From the NCBI GenBank assembly GCA_029717555.1, contig JAMDHS010000004.1:1-64000 (forward strand): a stretch of DNA of 64,000 nucleotides, read 5' to 3'. Of the stretch, positions 36,601-49,378 are shown one piece after another. Source of the DNA: Peribolospora baueri. Taxonomy: Eukaryota. Both the position numbers and the translations under genes were made by a program. The notes below the pieces were generated by a model. That model saw only the letters and a list, made by a program, of their open reading frames with translations, was not told the DNA's origin and searched no databases. Within the stretch, counting starts at the first letter, position 1, and each line of letters starts with the position of its first letter.

Positions 36601-38252
36601 CCCGACGGTTCTTCGATGGACAACGCCACCCCGGCGTCCATAGATTTGGCTGCGTCTCGGACAGATGGGGACGAACGCCTCACGTCGCGCATGGACAGGC
36701 TGGGCCTTGATAAATCTTCCTCCCTGACGGGAGGAAGAAGTCGAGCGAGCGAATGTCCGCACGAGCGGATGACCAGATCGGACGGCGGGCCTGAGGCTGA
36801 AAGCGACGCCGTCGAAGAGGAGGAAGGAAAGTCCGCGTCAAAGACCAACTGCGGGATGCCGATCCGAGTGAACGGAGCAGCGATCGAGTCGACCAGCTGC
36901 AAACCTTCGAAGCGTTCCAAGCGCTCTCCCTCGCCTCCCCATTACGTCGCACGCCGCGCCCTCAAGCGGTACCTCATCTCCGAAGCGCCGCCCGTGCTCA
37001 TCTTCCATCTCAAGCGCTTTCAAAGCACCGGCAAGAGTTCGGCGTGGGGAGGGCAAACGTTCTCGTCGCTCAAAAAGTTGGACGAATATCTCAGCTTTCC
37101 CGAGCACCTTGACGTTGGACCCTGGATGGCCCCTCCCGCTCCCAAGGATGTCAAGGCGGAGAAGAGAAAACGGAACGGCAAAATCGACGGCGTCGAATCG
37201 GACGAATGGAAGGAGCATGACGAGACGCCGGACGGACACCCGAGCGAGGGCCTCCACGTGCCGCCATTTGTCGATGGACATGCTCATCATTCCGCTGGCT
37301 CTCGCCCATCCTCTCGCGGCGGCACCAAGTCGAACTCTTCCTCCGTCCACGGCTCGGACACTGAGGATGGTTCGACGAGTCCCTCACGGTCGCAAAAGCA
37401 GCGCAGCAGCTGGTTCTCCAGAGTTCGGAGCAGGTCCCGGTCGACTGGGCCGGACAGCATGAACGAACCCGTGGGAGGCAAGGGTCGCAAGTCGGTTGAG
37501 TACCGGCTCTACGCCGTGGTGGTGCAGTGAGTGATCTACGTCTGCCCGTCCGGTCTCGTGTCCGCTCACCCTGGACGAGCTGACCGAATCCCACGCTTGA
37601 CTCTTTCCAACTCGACAGCATTGGCACGATGAACATGGGTCACTACATCGCCTACGTCCTTTCCGATCGCATCATCGACCCGTCCCTGCCGCCGGTTCTT
37701 CCTCCGTCTAGCTCATCACTGGACGAAGGATCAGCCCCGAATAGCCCCGCCTCCAAGGCTGCACGTTCACCTTCGGCGTCGACCGAAGTCGTCGAGACCG
37801 CGCCGCCAGCGCCAGCTCCAAACCTCCTTTCAGATTCACGCGCGTTTTCGGTGCCCATCTCCGCTTCGTCCACCTCCGCCGACTTGTCCGGGCCCCCTAG
37901 TATCGTCGTCGGCAGTTCCGGCTCCCCGGCGTCCGTCGCTTCCTCTTCCCCCAAAACTGCCCCCCACGGAGGAGGCTATCCTCCCTCCTCTCAACCTTCC
38001 TCCGTGCCTTCCCCGCAGCCGGCTCCCACACGCCCCCCCGATCGCAGGCGATGGGTGTACTGCTCCGACGACATGGTCCGATTGGCCAGCTTGGACGAAG
38101 TGCTCAAAGCCAAGGCGTACATGTTATTGTGAGCGTGGTTTCATGTTGCCTCCCTTGCTCGCTTTGCAGGGTTTGAAACCACTGAGCTGACGGACCAACC
38201 TTATGCGACCTTTCGTGCACTTCCTTCCTCTTTCAGCTACGAGAAAGCGTAG
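33657..38252 (+). CDS. Ubiquitin-specific protease (peptidase C19, USP16/45-like); multi-exon
   Basis: Cys box GL|VNLGNTCFLNSVLQS; QQDGHELLIHLLD; FGGKL...CEGCK; LQGDNEFACKNCWK; PPVLIFHLKRFQ; YRLYAVVVH; His box GHYIAYV; WVYCSDDMV...KAYMLF|YEK*. Confidence 0.93.
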
Positions 38253-38459
38253 ATGCATGCTTGACCGCCACCCCTCTCGCATTCCCTTCCCACTGGAGCG
38301 CTTGTAGGTCAGTTCTTTCTTGGATTACGGTAGATGAGTGGATTTCCTCTTTCATCCTCCCGTCCTAGCATACCGTTATTGTATCATACGGAGAGCAATT
38401 ATCAACATTGGTACCTTCAGTCCGTTTTACACCTCCTGCCTACCGCCACATACATTCCC

Positions 38460-39823
38460 TTAGCGGCCGAAGCCAAAGAGCCGAATGTGCCTCTGGTGGC
38501 TTTCCATGCAGAAAGGGCACAGTCGGTCTAAGACCTGCCCCCCTGAGCTACCAAACCGCTGCCTACGCTCCATCATCTCCTTGATACTGTGTGTTAGAGG
38601 ATGACAAGCAGATAGGCCATGAGTCATTGGTCCATATTGGCCACTAATGAGTGGACTCACCAGCCGCGACAGTAAGCAATATGGCCGCACCGCTCGAAAG
38701 CCACATCGGCATGAGCGTCTTTACAGAAGACACACTCCGGAAGGCAAATCTTGGCGAGGGCCTCCACCTTCCTTGTCAGCTGGGCGATGTCCTCGGTGAG
38801 TCGAGCGTTTTCCTTGACCAGTTGCGCTTTGTCCTTGGCGAGTTCATCTTTGTCCTTGGCGAGTTGAGCGTTGTCACGTTGAACGAGGTCTGTGCGGAGC
38901 TGTCTAATCTGGTCAGTAAAATCTGGACAATGACGGATGGCAGCGTGAAGGTCAGCAGCACTGACGACGTGTCGAGGCAACAATGGTCCTTCTTCATCGT
39001 CTTCGCCGTCTTCTGAAGCAATCGTGCTCCCATCATCCTCGTCATCATCATCATCTGAGTTTTGATGGGGGGGTGTTCTGAGGTCATCATATGTCCTCAT
39101 GATGAAGGATAAAAGGTTGTTTTTTTCATCCAACCGAGTATTCTCGTGCTGGAGTGCATCTCTCTCCTCTTCCAGTGCATCCCTCTCCTCCTCGAGTGCA
39201 TCCTTCTCCTCTTCCAGAGCTTTCCGCTCCGCATGGCACTGACGATAAAGGGCATCGTGCAGATACTCGAGAATTCCATGCTGAGGAGAGGTAGACAGCC
39301 GAGGACGACGCTCCCTGCTCCTCCGACGGCGTTCGCTCCTCCGTCCATGCTTGCTCTTCTTGAGTACGTACGAGATTAGACGCCTGTTGAACTTATACCA
39401 GGGGTGGCTCCCCGCCGGCATCTGTCCACTCTTCTTTGAAAGCTGATCGACGAAGAACTAAAGAGGACGGCCGCTAGGTTAGCCGGATGAGTGAACAGTT
39501 GAATGAGAGCGAACGCGGGTACCCACCTGTAACACCCGACGTTCCACATCAGGGCCACGCAATGAGCGTTCACTCACATCATACCAAAAGGCCTTGATCG
39601 CAGCCGCAACTTTATTGGTGTCATCCATGTCTGGGGACGCCAGGAGGACATACTTTGCTGCGACCTTGATGAAGGCCTGAATTGGATCTCGACTTCTGCA
39701 AGTCCACCGGTCCATCATGTTGGGCAGGGCATTCAATGTAAATGGCCTCACCCTCACAAAGGGAGGGATAGGAGCCAGTGCGGCTGTAGATCCGGATGAG
39801 AACATTTTTGATGATGACGACAT
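38460..39823 (-). CDS. Orphan coiled-coil protein with a C-terminal C3HC4 RING finger; 3 exons
   Basis: The spliced C-terminus reads CVFCKDAHADVAFERCGHIAYCRG|CIKEMM...LCPFC with all eight ligands. Heptad repeats (DALEEER)x3 and (LAKDKxx)x2. Predicted introns are about 39576-39459 and 38660-38587. Confidence 0.65.
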
Positions 39824-39879
39824 ATGCCTCACTCCTGGTCGAAAAAAGAGAGAGAAAAAAAAGAAGGCCCAGCCATCAT

Positions 39880-40689
39880 GATTAGGGTTCAAAGGCGCTG
39901 GGAACCCACAGCTGGACGACATCGCGCTCCCCTACCTGCCATCAAACCGTGTGGACCGATTAACGATTAAGGTCGACATCACTCCGATGCTAAGCCCCAT
40001 GGTTCCACATAGAGACGGAGCGCAGCGAATGATAGGGTACAACGGTACACTCTATGTGGTTCCCGGACCTCCGGGACACTAGGTGTAATAAACTCCACCG
40101 CCCAACTGTGCAGCGACCTAGAAACCACACCTCGAATGACTGAGCGAGCTGGCCAGACTCGCCTTGTGATGAATAACCTGCTGCTTTTTTGTCTCCGAGT
40201 ACCGTGTCCGTCGAAGGAGAGGGGGTGCTGGTGTGGGTGAAGACGTCAACTTCCTCGTTCCAGGTCGTTTCAAACCACCAGAAAAAGAAGAAGAGAAGAG
40301 AAGAGAAAAAGAGAAAATAGAAAAGAGAAAAAGAGAAAAAAAAGTCAGCCACGCGATTAGGGTTCAAAAGCGCCGGGAACCCACAGCTGGACGACATCGC
40401 GCTCCGCCACCTGCCATCAAACCGTGTGGACCGGTTCGGGTCGACATCACTCCGATGCTAAGCCCCATGGTTCCACGTGGGGACGGAGCGCAGCGAATGA
40501 TAGGGTACAACGGTACACGCTATGTAGTTCCCGGACCTCCGGGACACTAGGTGTGGTAAACTCCACCGCCCAACTGTGCAGCAACGTAGAAATCACACCT
40601 CGAATGACTGAGCAAGCTGGCTAGACTCGCCTTGTAATGTACGAATTGCGGCTTCTTTTGTGTCTCCGAATACTGTATCCGTCAAGGAG
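39880..40689. repeat. Tandem direct duplication: units of about 335 bp at 39880-40218 and 40355-40689, each preceded by an A/G-rich tract
   Basis: Both units start GATTAGGGTTCAAA.GCGC.GGGAACCCACAGCTGGACGACATCGCGCTCC and end TGTCTCCGA.TAC.GT.TCCGTC, with scattered substitutions. Confidence 0.9.
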
Positions 40690-41599
40690 CTGGTGTGGAT
40701 GAAAAAGAGGACAGGTGAGACAGGAGAAACGAAGAGGGAGGTCGAGTAGGAAAGGGGGGTTAGCGAGGTCGAGTCTGAGGAGAGAAAAGAGGGAATGTGG
40801 TTTGAGTGGAAAGCAAGGTGGGATGTGGGATGAGGAGGTGAGGGAAGACGTCTCGAAAGGAGGTGCTATATACCTTTCGTTGACCGCACGCTCGTAGGGG
40901 AGAAAGTGGCTCTTGGTCGGAGAGACATGGCTACGAGGTGAGTTAGTGTCCAAAGCGATGTCTCGACGAACGTGTACAAAACGGGTACGATTTCGTCTCC
41001 TGGGGTTCGCCCGCAACTGGGGGGGCGAAGCGGGATGCGTAGGACGCTTTCGTCGCCCGGGGTTCGCCCGCAACTGGATCGGTGATGCAAAGGCGCGTCG
41101 CTCCAGTGCGGCGCAGAATTCGCCTGAGGGGACCTGAAGGGATAATAGTGACACTGCCAAAGCAGAACGCCTCAAATAACATGGTGAGATGTTTGAAAGG
41201 AATCATTGTAAGTGGTCGATGACCTTTCACATAACGGGGAGAAGTCAGTAAGGGATAGGCGAGCACTGTTCACAGCAGAGCACTGTTCACAGCAGGGGAA
41301 GATCAGTATGGAAGAGCCGCCGGCAGGACGTGTCTCATCATGGGACGGCCCCAGAAAAAGATCGGCTCGAACAAGGAAGACAAGCGCATTTGGGGCGATG
41401 GATTGAAGCGGAAAGGGCACTGTAAAGGATAAGAGGGTGACGAGGAGCGAGTTGGTGTTTTTACGGATGATGGCGAATCCGTTACCGATCTGTTTGTTGT
41501 CCGCGCATCCGATAATTAATTCGAGTACGTTAAGTAGGGAGTGTATGTGCTCGAGTAGTGTACGTACATACTCAAGCAGTATATGTACTCTAGGCGTAC

Positions 41600-43110
41600 G
41601 TGCCCGCTTAAGCGCCATCTCGAAGTCTCGCAACTACCACCATCTTCCAGGACCGTCCCAACCAGACCAGGCTTCCTGGCTCAGATGGATGGGGTTGGTG
41701 TCAGATGGAGAAATGTCCAAGGTTTTGCCGAAGGGCGTGGGCCAACTAAGCCTCTTGCTGGGCCCTGAACTTATGGAAGAGGTTGACTGCTATGACCTCG
41801 CTCTGCAGACGCATTGCTCGGTGGGCGTGTGAACCAAGTCGGACCGGAGCGCTCATTCCGATGTTGATCTCTCTCCTCCCTAAGGTGTCCTGTCTAGCGG
41901 GATGGAAGGATCGACGCACCATCACCATCGGCGCTGTCATGCATGATGGTAATTGCCTCATCGCCACCAATCCTAGCAGTCCCACCCGACACAATCCCCT
42001 CACGTTCCCGCTCACGTCCTATGACGACGACGGTCAAAGAACTATGATGGCCTCAGCGATGGCGAGGACGACGACGACGATGACATGGACGCGCTTCTAC
42101 TTGTGTACACACAGGGACACATGCTAAGTTGCCGTTTGCTGTTCCAACTGGGGCTCAATGACGCTCTACCATGGCTATTTGCCGTGCCGTCCAGCTGTGC
42201 CAGTTCTTTCCCTCTTCTACGTGCTCCCTGATCCCTGTTACTGCCGTTTTTCCAGGCAGTACATACAAGACCTGCTCGAGACTTGTCCCGCTTGAGTAGG
42301 TATGTGCTTCTGTAGGAGCGTCCGTCGTCAAGGGAACGACGGACGTTTGGATTTTCAGTCGGGACGAGACGAAGACATTAAGTCGTCTACGTGGCCGCGC
42401 TCGTTCACTACCGCGAAAGAAAGGAAAGCTCACACCTGGCTGTTGCTCGTCGTACCACACAAATCACATCGTCCTCCCACTCGGCGCAGAGCGACGGAAA
42501 GCTGCAATCCGACAAGCCGGGTCTGACGCACACCGTGTACAATGTGCGTCCGGCTGCGACTGCGTCCAGCGGCGAAAGAAGTCTATCCGTGCGCCGACGA
42601 CTAGCCCGGTGGACGACCGAGGCGGGCGTGGGGTAATCCCCAGCCGGTCAGAGAGCTCACCCGGGCGCAGTATGTCTTTTCCTCCAACCTCCGCTTTATG
42701 CCATGCCTCCCGACCGCGTTCTGAATTTGATCTTATAGTAGCCTGCTGGAGGCTGTGGTTATGGGAAAATGCCATCGACCTTCTCCCAGCGACGGCGACA
42801 TTATCTGTCCTCGTCCCTATCAACTCTCCGTCATCACCAACTGCCCAATTCGTCCTCCTCGTTTGGCGGCTCGAGTCTTTGAAAGTCAACCCGATGGCGT
42901 AGAGACGACCGTCCGTGGACGCCTTGGCCCTACTCCCACCCCCCCTCGACACCGTCCACAGTCTGCCGGGGCGTTGTCGGCTCCCTTCACCCCGTCGGCA
43001 GCATAGTTCCATCATCTCTCCTCGACGTATACCCCCAAACGTTATTTTCTTTCAGTACGCTGTCTGCCTTTGCAGTCCAGTCTCCTTCCTCTCTCGCCGA
43101 CGTGCTTAAC
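41600..43110. mobile_element. Highly decayed Copia-like retroelement fragments
   Basis: Minus strand: DWTAKADSVLKENNVWGYT (gag N-terminus-like), LEQVLYVLPG and NWHS (pre-integrase WH-like). Plus strand: KRHLEV..NYHHL (RNase H KHIDxRYH-like). All matches are weak and interrupted. Confidence 0.4.
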
Positions 43111-43438
43111 CCACACCGCCGGTCAGAGCGTTCGTCTTTCGATCGCCATCCTCTCATCTTCTCCCCTTCCACCCGTCTCTTCAACAGCTAGGAGTGTTAC
43201 AGGACCAAGAGGAGCACCATCGTGCTGTCCAAGCAAGCCCGGGTAAGTAATTCAGGGTCATACAAGGCGACGTCGAGATATATTGATCGTGCGTCATCAT
43301 TCAACCTCTTCCTCCTTCTTCGCCTCGATACTCTTTTGCGCCTCGTGCCTCGCTCCTCTGTGATGGATCGTCTGGGGACCCTGTCAGCTAGCCGTTCGCG
43401 GATGGAGAAGGCCTTCTTTTGTACGTCCACCAGCCGAG

Positions 43439-45176
43439 ATGATGGCACCTCCACTAGCCATCCTCGACCCGACGAAAAAGTACGACATCGGCGGCGGTGC
43501 ACAAGCGAAGGGCACTCGCGCCGCATTCCAGCCCATTCGCACCAAGAGCGCCGGGGCGCGGCTGGACGAGGGGCCTGACGACAACGGTTCAAATACACGT
43601 TTAGAGCGTCACCGGCCCCCTTCGCTATCTCGGTCGGCTTCTTTCGGCCGCCTCCGCCCACCGTCCGTGCCGTCGACCGGTGACCACGTTAACGAGCGAC
43701 AGGCAAGGGGACGAGAGGGAAAGCAGCGCAGGGAGAGGTCCCGCTCGGAAGAGCGAGGACGAACGAGCGCCTTCCCGTCGGCACAGGACACTTGCTCTCC
43801 CCACCTTCCGCTCTCGCGACTCCCCGCTTCCACCACTGCACCTGCACCGGCGCGAGCGCCGGCGCCGGTTCCATCGACAGGCGTCCCCGGTAGCGTCCTC
43901 TCCTTCCCGCCTCCACCTCTCCCGCCTCCCCGATTCCTTCTCCCACCTCCCCCGACCCCCTGGTCACCGCCCGGGAGGGCGGCAGGCGGCTCCCCGGGCG
44001 GTAAGCGTAACGGCGAGGCGCGCGAGCTCTGATCCGTCGCTGAGATCGTCAGGCGTCGCCGCGAAGTCGGTGACGGGACTCGCACGCGCCGTCGATGACG
44101 GGGTCACGGCCTCTGCGACAGCGACGATGGGGACGAAGAGAACAAGAATGACAAGGTGGCGAACACGTGGCCATCGGTCGCCGTGCCCGCCGTGCCACGC
44201 CTGTGCCACTGCCTGCTCCGAGGAATTGGGACGTCGGCCGGCAGTCGCGGTCGGGGATCCCTTTTGGGACGTGGAAGATGTCTGTTCGGAGGAGGCATAC
44301 TACCGAATCCGGAACAGCGATGGTGGTGGAGATGGAGGTGGAGGCGGTTCGGGCGCAGCAGAAGAGCGAGAGCATCAGCGGCAGCCGGATTCACGGTCAT
44401 TGAGGCTGACACCCGGAGGAGGGAGAGCAGGGCCGGGACGGCAAGCAGAAGTGAAGGCGGAAGGGAAGGCTCCATTACGAACGGTATCGGCACTATCATC
44501 TACACTTGCTCCTTCGCCACCCCGGCAGCCGCCGCGGCTGCCACTGCCATTGGCACGCGAAGCGGCATCGGGCCAGCCTCCGTCCTCGCCGTCGCCAATG
44601 GCGCCAAGCTCGTCGTCTCTCACTGGCTCGCGCCGCTCCGCGTCTCGACAAGGTTCGTCAGCGGCTGGAACTCTGCAGTGGACGTCGACGTCGGCATCGC
44701 GAATAAACATGGACAGGATACACGACAGGCTAGCCCGACAAGAGGAGCGGCTAAAGGCGCTGATGGACGAGGCGAGCGTTCTGGTGGAGAGGATGGTGCG
44801 TCTGGGAAGGGAGCGGATTGGGTCGAGGGTGGAGGGGATGGACGGAGACGGGGACGGGAGAAGGACGAAGAGAGGCGAAGGAGGAGGAGAAGGGGGACGA
44901 CGGTGTGATCGTCGAGTGGAGTGGAGTGGAGTAGAAGTGGAGCGAGCGGGAACGAGGAGGGGCACGTCTGCTTTACCTACCTATCTTCCTTCCTTCCTTC
45001 TTTCTGCATTTTCCTCTTGTACTTTCTCACTCCCCGCGCGCGCTCGAAGAAGAAGAAGAAGAAGAAGAAGGGGCAAAAAAAAAAAAAGCAAAGCGCTCGC
45101 TAGGCTCGGCTTTGGCATCGTCACGTCGCGTCACGTCTGTCATGAATCCTACCGGTACACATATATAGCTTTCTGA
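43439..45176 (+). CDS. Hypothetical low-complexity protein with a C-terminal coiled coil; 2 exons, 3' end uncertain
   Basis: Intron GTAAGC (44000) to CAG (44052) joins the 197-aa and 498-aa ORFs in frame; coiled coil MDRIHDRLARQEERLKALMDEASVLVERM. Confidence 0.5.
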
Positions 45177-45707
45177 GATTGGCTCAGTAAGTAGCCAGAC
45201 AGACTGACCAAAAGTGTCTTTTGCCGTGCTGGCCTAGGATGGATTGTGTTTCCCAGACTCGAGATCGATCCTGACAACGTCCCGTCTCGGCTCTTGTTCC
45301 TTTTCTGTCATGGACTGACTGTGATGAGTAGCGAAGGGACTCGAACGTTAAAATGGATGTCATTTCATCGTCATCATCGTCGACGTCGTCCTCCTCCTCC
45401 TCCCCAACAGAGAGGGTATCGGAAATCGACCGGACGGACGGACGGACTCGGGGGAAAAGGCATCATCAGGATGCGTGTCATGCGTAGATTGACGTTACGA
45501 GCAGGGGAGTAAAGGGAAGGGGATAAACGACCTCACGAGCTAAACCGACGAATCGAATAAGATCGAATCGAATCTCAACGAGGGCAAAAACGAAAAGCAA
45601 AAGCGAAAACGAAGACGAAGACGAAGCGAAAACGAAGCGAACCGAAGCGAACCGAAGCGAAAGGCACGGCACGGCACAGCGCACGCGGCACGGCACAGCG
45701 CGACGCT

Positions 45708-47589
45708 TCAAGGCATGTATCGGAATCCCTCAGCCTTATCCTCGTCCTCGGCGGTGTTAAGGCCAGTCTGAGTCTGCGGCCTTCCGCCCTCCTTGCGATC
45801 GCGACGCTTGTTCTCGAGGTAGAGGGAGGTGGAGAGCGAGACGGCGAGGAGGACGGTGGTGCAGGTGAAGACGAGGTTGAGGATGAGGCCCTTCTTGTAG
45901 TAGGGCCCTTCGTTGCTAGGGAAGATGAAGGAGGCAAGGATGGCAAAGCACTGTCCGAAGACGTTGAGCATGGCCAGCCCGACGGCCCGGGAGGACTCTG
46001 TGCCGGCGTTGTTCGCCATCCAGGCCATGGTGAGGGGAATGCAGGTGAAGGTGCCGAAGACCTGTCGGGTGGGTTTGCGCACGACATCGTCAGATCAGCT
46101 TCGGACGCCGTACAGCCGCAAAAAAAAACCGTCGATGCAACTCACAACAAGGAAGACGGCAAAGTAGCGGACGTGCTGATTGTGATGGTCGCCGATCAAG
46201 ATGGAAAAGCCAATGATGGAAAAGGTGGACAAGGCGGCGACAAAAGGGCCTCGGACCTTGAACCTGTCAGAAATGTGGCAGACGGCGATGGCGACGGCGG
46301 TGGCAACGGCGTAAGGGGGCACGGTGTAAAGCTGGGCGTTGGCGTTGGAGTAGCCGAGGGTCTTGACGATCGTGGGGAGGAAGCCGGAGATGGAGCCGAG
46401 GGTGAGATTGATACCCATGTACACTGCGGAAGAAAGAGAGGACGGGCGGGTGAGCGACGGCGAGACGTCAAACGGGCTGGCCGGAAGGGAATACTAACTG
46501 CCGCAGAGCATGTAGTTGCGCCAGTTGGTCGCAGCGCGCTTGACGCCGAGCTTGCTGATCGACCTAGGCGCCTCACGAGGGCCCTCGGCATTGAGGCGGG
46601 TCAGGGCGACGGTACGTTCGGTTTCGTTGAGGTACTTTGTCTTCTCGGGTCGACCGGGGAGGAGGAACCAGAGGAGGATGGCTGCGGCGACGGTGGGAAG
46701 GCCTTCGATGAGGAACAGGATCCTCCAAGTGGCGAGGGAGCCACGGATTTGCTGGACTGCGAAGGCGATGACGCCGCCGAAGGCGCCGGCGAGGCTGCCC
46801 ATGCCGATGAAGAAGGCGAACCGGACGGCGATCTCGGACTTGCGGTAGAAGAGGGTATAGTAGAGGGGCACGGTGGGGCCGAAGCCGGCCTCGCCGATGC
46901 CGATGAAGAGGCGGCATACGACGACAGCGGGAAAGTTGAAAGAGACGGCCTGGAGGGTGGCGGCGAGGCCCCAAATGAAGGCGGCGGCGGCGATGACCTT
47001 CTGGGGGGGTAGGAGCTTGGCGCAGACGTTTCCTGTGAGCGAAGAGAGGAAAGGAGGGTGAGCGAAGGGGTGGAGGCGGGCTGGGCTACCTTGACCTACC
47101 TAAGGGGTTGAAGACGATGTAAGCGATGTAGAAGGCGGCGAGGCAGATGTCGAATCTGGAGGAGGAAGAAAGGGTTAGTTAGTGAGGAGGGCGGGCGATG
47201 ATGACGAGTAGTCCGGCCGGCCCGACTCACTTAATGCTGCTGTTGCTGAGCACGTCGGCCTGGAGGCCCTGAAGGCGTGCATTGCCGAGGTTGCTCCTGT
47301 CGAGCGACGCCGAAAGATAGAGGAGGAGGGTGATGGGCAGGATGACGACATCGAGCTTGCGCACGAGCCTCTTCTCTACGCGCTGAAAGTCGGCGCTGAG
47401 GAGGGCGCCTTCTCCGTTGGCGCTGCTGCCGGTGCTCTGGATGCGCGAGGGGGACGTGCCGAGCGACGCCGCCTTCTCTGGGTCCTCGCCGGGGGAGAGC
47501 GGGGTGGGGGGGATGACGTCGGGGACATTGTCGAAGCGGAGCTCTGCCCTCCCCTGCGGCTTCTCTTCGGGCGAGCTTGGAGATGACAT
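45708..47589 (-). CDS. MFS transporter of the anion:cation symporter family (Dal5/Tna1-like allantoate/nicotinate permease); multi-exon
   Basis: EKRLVRKLDVVILP...LDRSNLGNARLQGL; FYRKSEIAVRF; WRILFLIEGLPT; AQLYTVPPY; SDRFKVRGPF; WMANNAG; YLENKRRDR; FRYMP*. Confidence 0.93.
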
Positions 47590-48465
47590 GGCGAGGGAGG
47601 GAGAAGGAAGAGAAGGGAAGGGAAAGGAGATACGGCGGGGGGCGGGCGAAAAGGAAAAGGAGGAAGAGGAGGCGAGCGAAGGGGGGCTCATGAAGAGGAC
47701 AGAGTTATCTTTCCTTTTCTTCTTGTCTCGCCGCCTTCGCCGTCAAGTCACCCTCTCTCTGTTCTCTCCTCTCACTCGCTCTCTATGGTCCACGTTCCTG
47801 TTCACATCCTCATCTTCATCCCCGTCCCCGTCGTCGTCCCCGTCCTTGGCGTCCCCGTCCTCTGGTCGTGGTCGTGGTCATCGTTGTGGTCAAAATCATC
47901 ACCGTCGTACGACATGATCCGGGGAGAACGCGTCGGCGGTGCGGAGAGGCCGGAAGAAGAAAGAGACAGCTGCAGCTGCGCGCCGAGGCGAGGCACAAGG
48001 GGCACTCAGTCTCGGCCTAAAGCGAGGGCCGGGGAGCGGAAGCAACAGCGCACAGCGAGTTAGGAGGCCGAGCCAGCGATCCATCCATCACTTGTTGGTT
48101 GCCTATTCCAGTCCCTTCGTCCGTTCTTTTTTTTAGTCAGTTACGCTCGCCAGCGGGGTCGGGTCGGCTAGAGCTAGTCACCGGCTGGGGTGCGTGGACG
48201 GGGAGGAGGAGAAGGGAGAAACGCGGGGAAGGAAGGAAAGAAAGAAAGAAGGAACGGCGAAGCGAGAAGACAAGAAAAAGCGGGGAAGGAAAACTCAAAT
48301 AGGCCGAGTCAGACGACCTCAGGTGAGACGACGCACGACCAACCAACACCACCACCACCTCAGCGTCCGAAATTCGAATTGAAAGATCGTCCTCGTCCTC
48401 GCCAGACCCCGGACCATTGTTCCGCCTGCATCTCGTCCCGGCCGGATAGGACTGGACAGCGTCGG

Positions 48466-48560
48466 ATCGGATTGGACTGCACTGGCTGGGCTGCTTTGGA
48501 TTGGATTGGATTGGACTGCATCGGCAAATGGACGAATGGATGGATTGGACTGCATGGATG
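48466..48560. repeat. Degenerate pentanucleotide microsatellite (TGGAT/TGGAC)n
   Basis: ggattggactgc...ttggattggattggattggactgc...tggatggattggactgcatggat. Confidence 0.7.
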
Positions 48561-49378
48561 AACACATGGACGACGACGGAACAGACGGCGCAGGCACACT
48601 CACTCGACGGGCTCAGGGACGCGAGCCGACGGACGGACGACGCAGTCGGCGCCCGGCCTCTCACCACCAACCACCTCTTCCGCTGGCCGGCTAGCCCGCC
48701 GGACGGATGGGCAGAAGCGACCGAACCGAATTCCATCGACGGATGGGGGCGGCAAAGCAAAGAAGAATACCGAGACGGCCGCGCGCTCCACCTCATCTGG
48801 GCCGACGACGACGAACGATGATGACGACTACAACGACAACGACGAAAAGAACGAGCGACAAAGAAAGTCCCGCGCGGTGTCTGACGTCGGCAGACCTGCT
48901 GCGCCAACCCTGCCCTTATCTTTTCTCTCCCCTCCTCGGCCGCCGGCCCGCTCAACTTAGGAATAGAACACGCTCGCCGAACGACCCGCCCGTTTAACCC
49001 GTTAATGTCACATATTTTGTGCGGGCCGATCGAGGACGGACAGAATTGAGCTGAACAGACAAGACAGACGGACGATGGACGAAGGATGGACGATGACGGA
49101 GATGCGTTGCGTAACCCAAAACAACGACTACGACCATACACGACCACGTCGCTGGGCTCACCAACCCAGCGACCGACCGATCACATCAGCGCGACGCCAC
49201 GAAGCCCCACGACACACACAGCACAGGTCCACAGGCCCGCCGCAGCGGAAGCAAAGTTGGTGGTGACGAGACGAGGCGGTGAGGGCGCAGCAGAGTGGAA
49301 TGGACGGATGAACGGCCGGTCGGCTGCACGGACGAACCGACGGAAGGAAGGAAGGAAGGAGTCCTTCCCCGCCGCCCC

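Noticed and set aside
40994..41080. CRISPR-like repeat-spacer-repeat
   Set aside because: Only two 19-bp copies, eukaryotic context and no cas genes.
45040..45705. (AAG)n, poly-A, (CGAAA/CGAAG)n and (GGCAC)n runs
   Set aside because: Ordinary microsatellites in the 3' regions between convergent genes.
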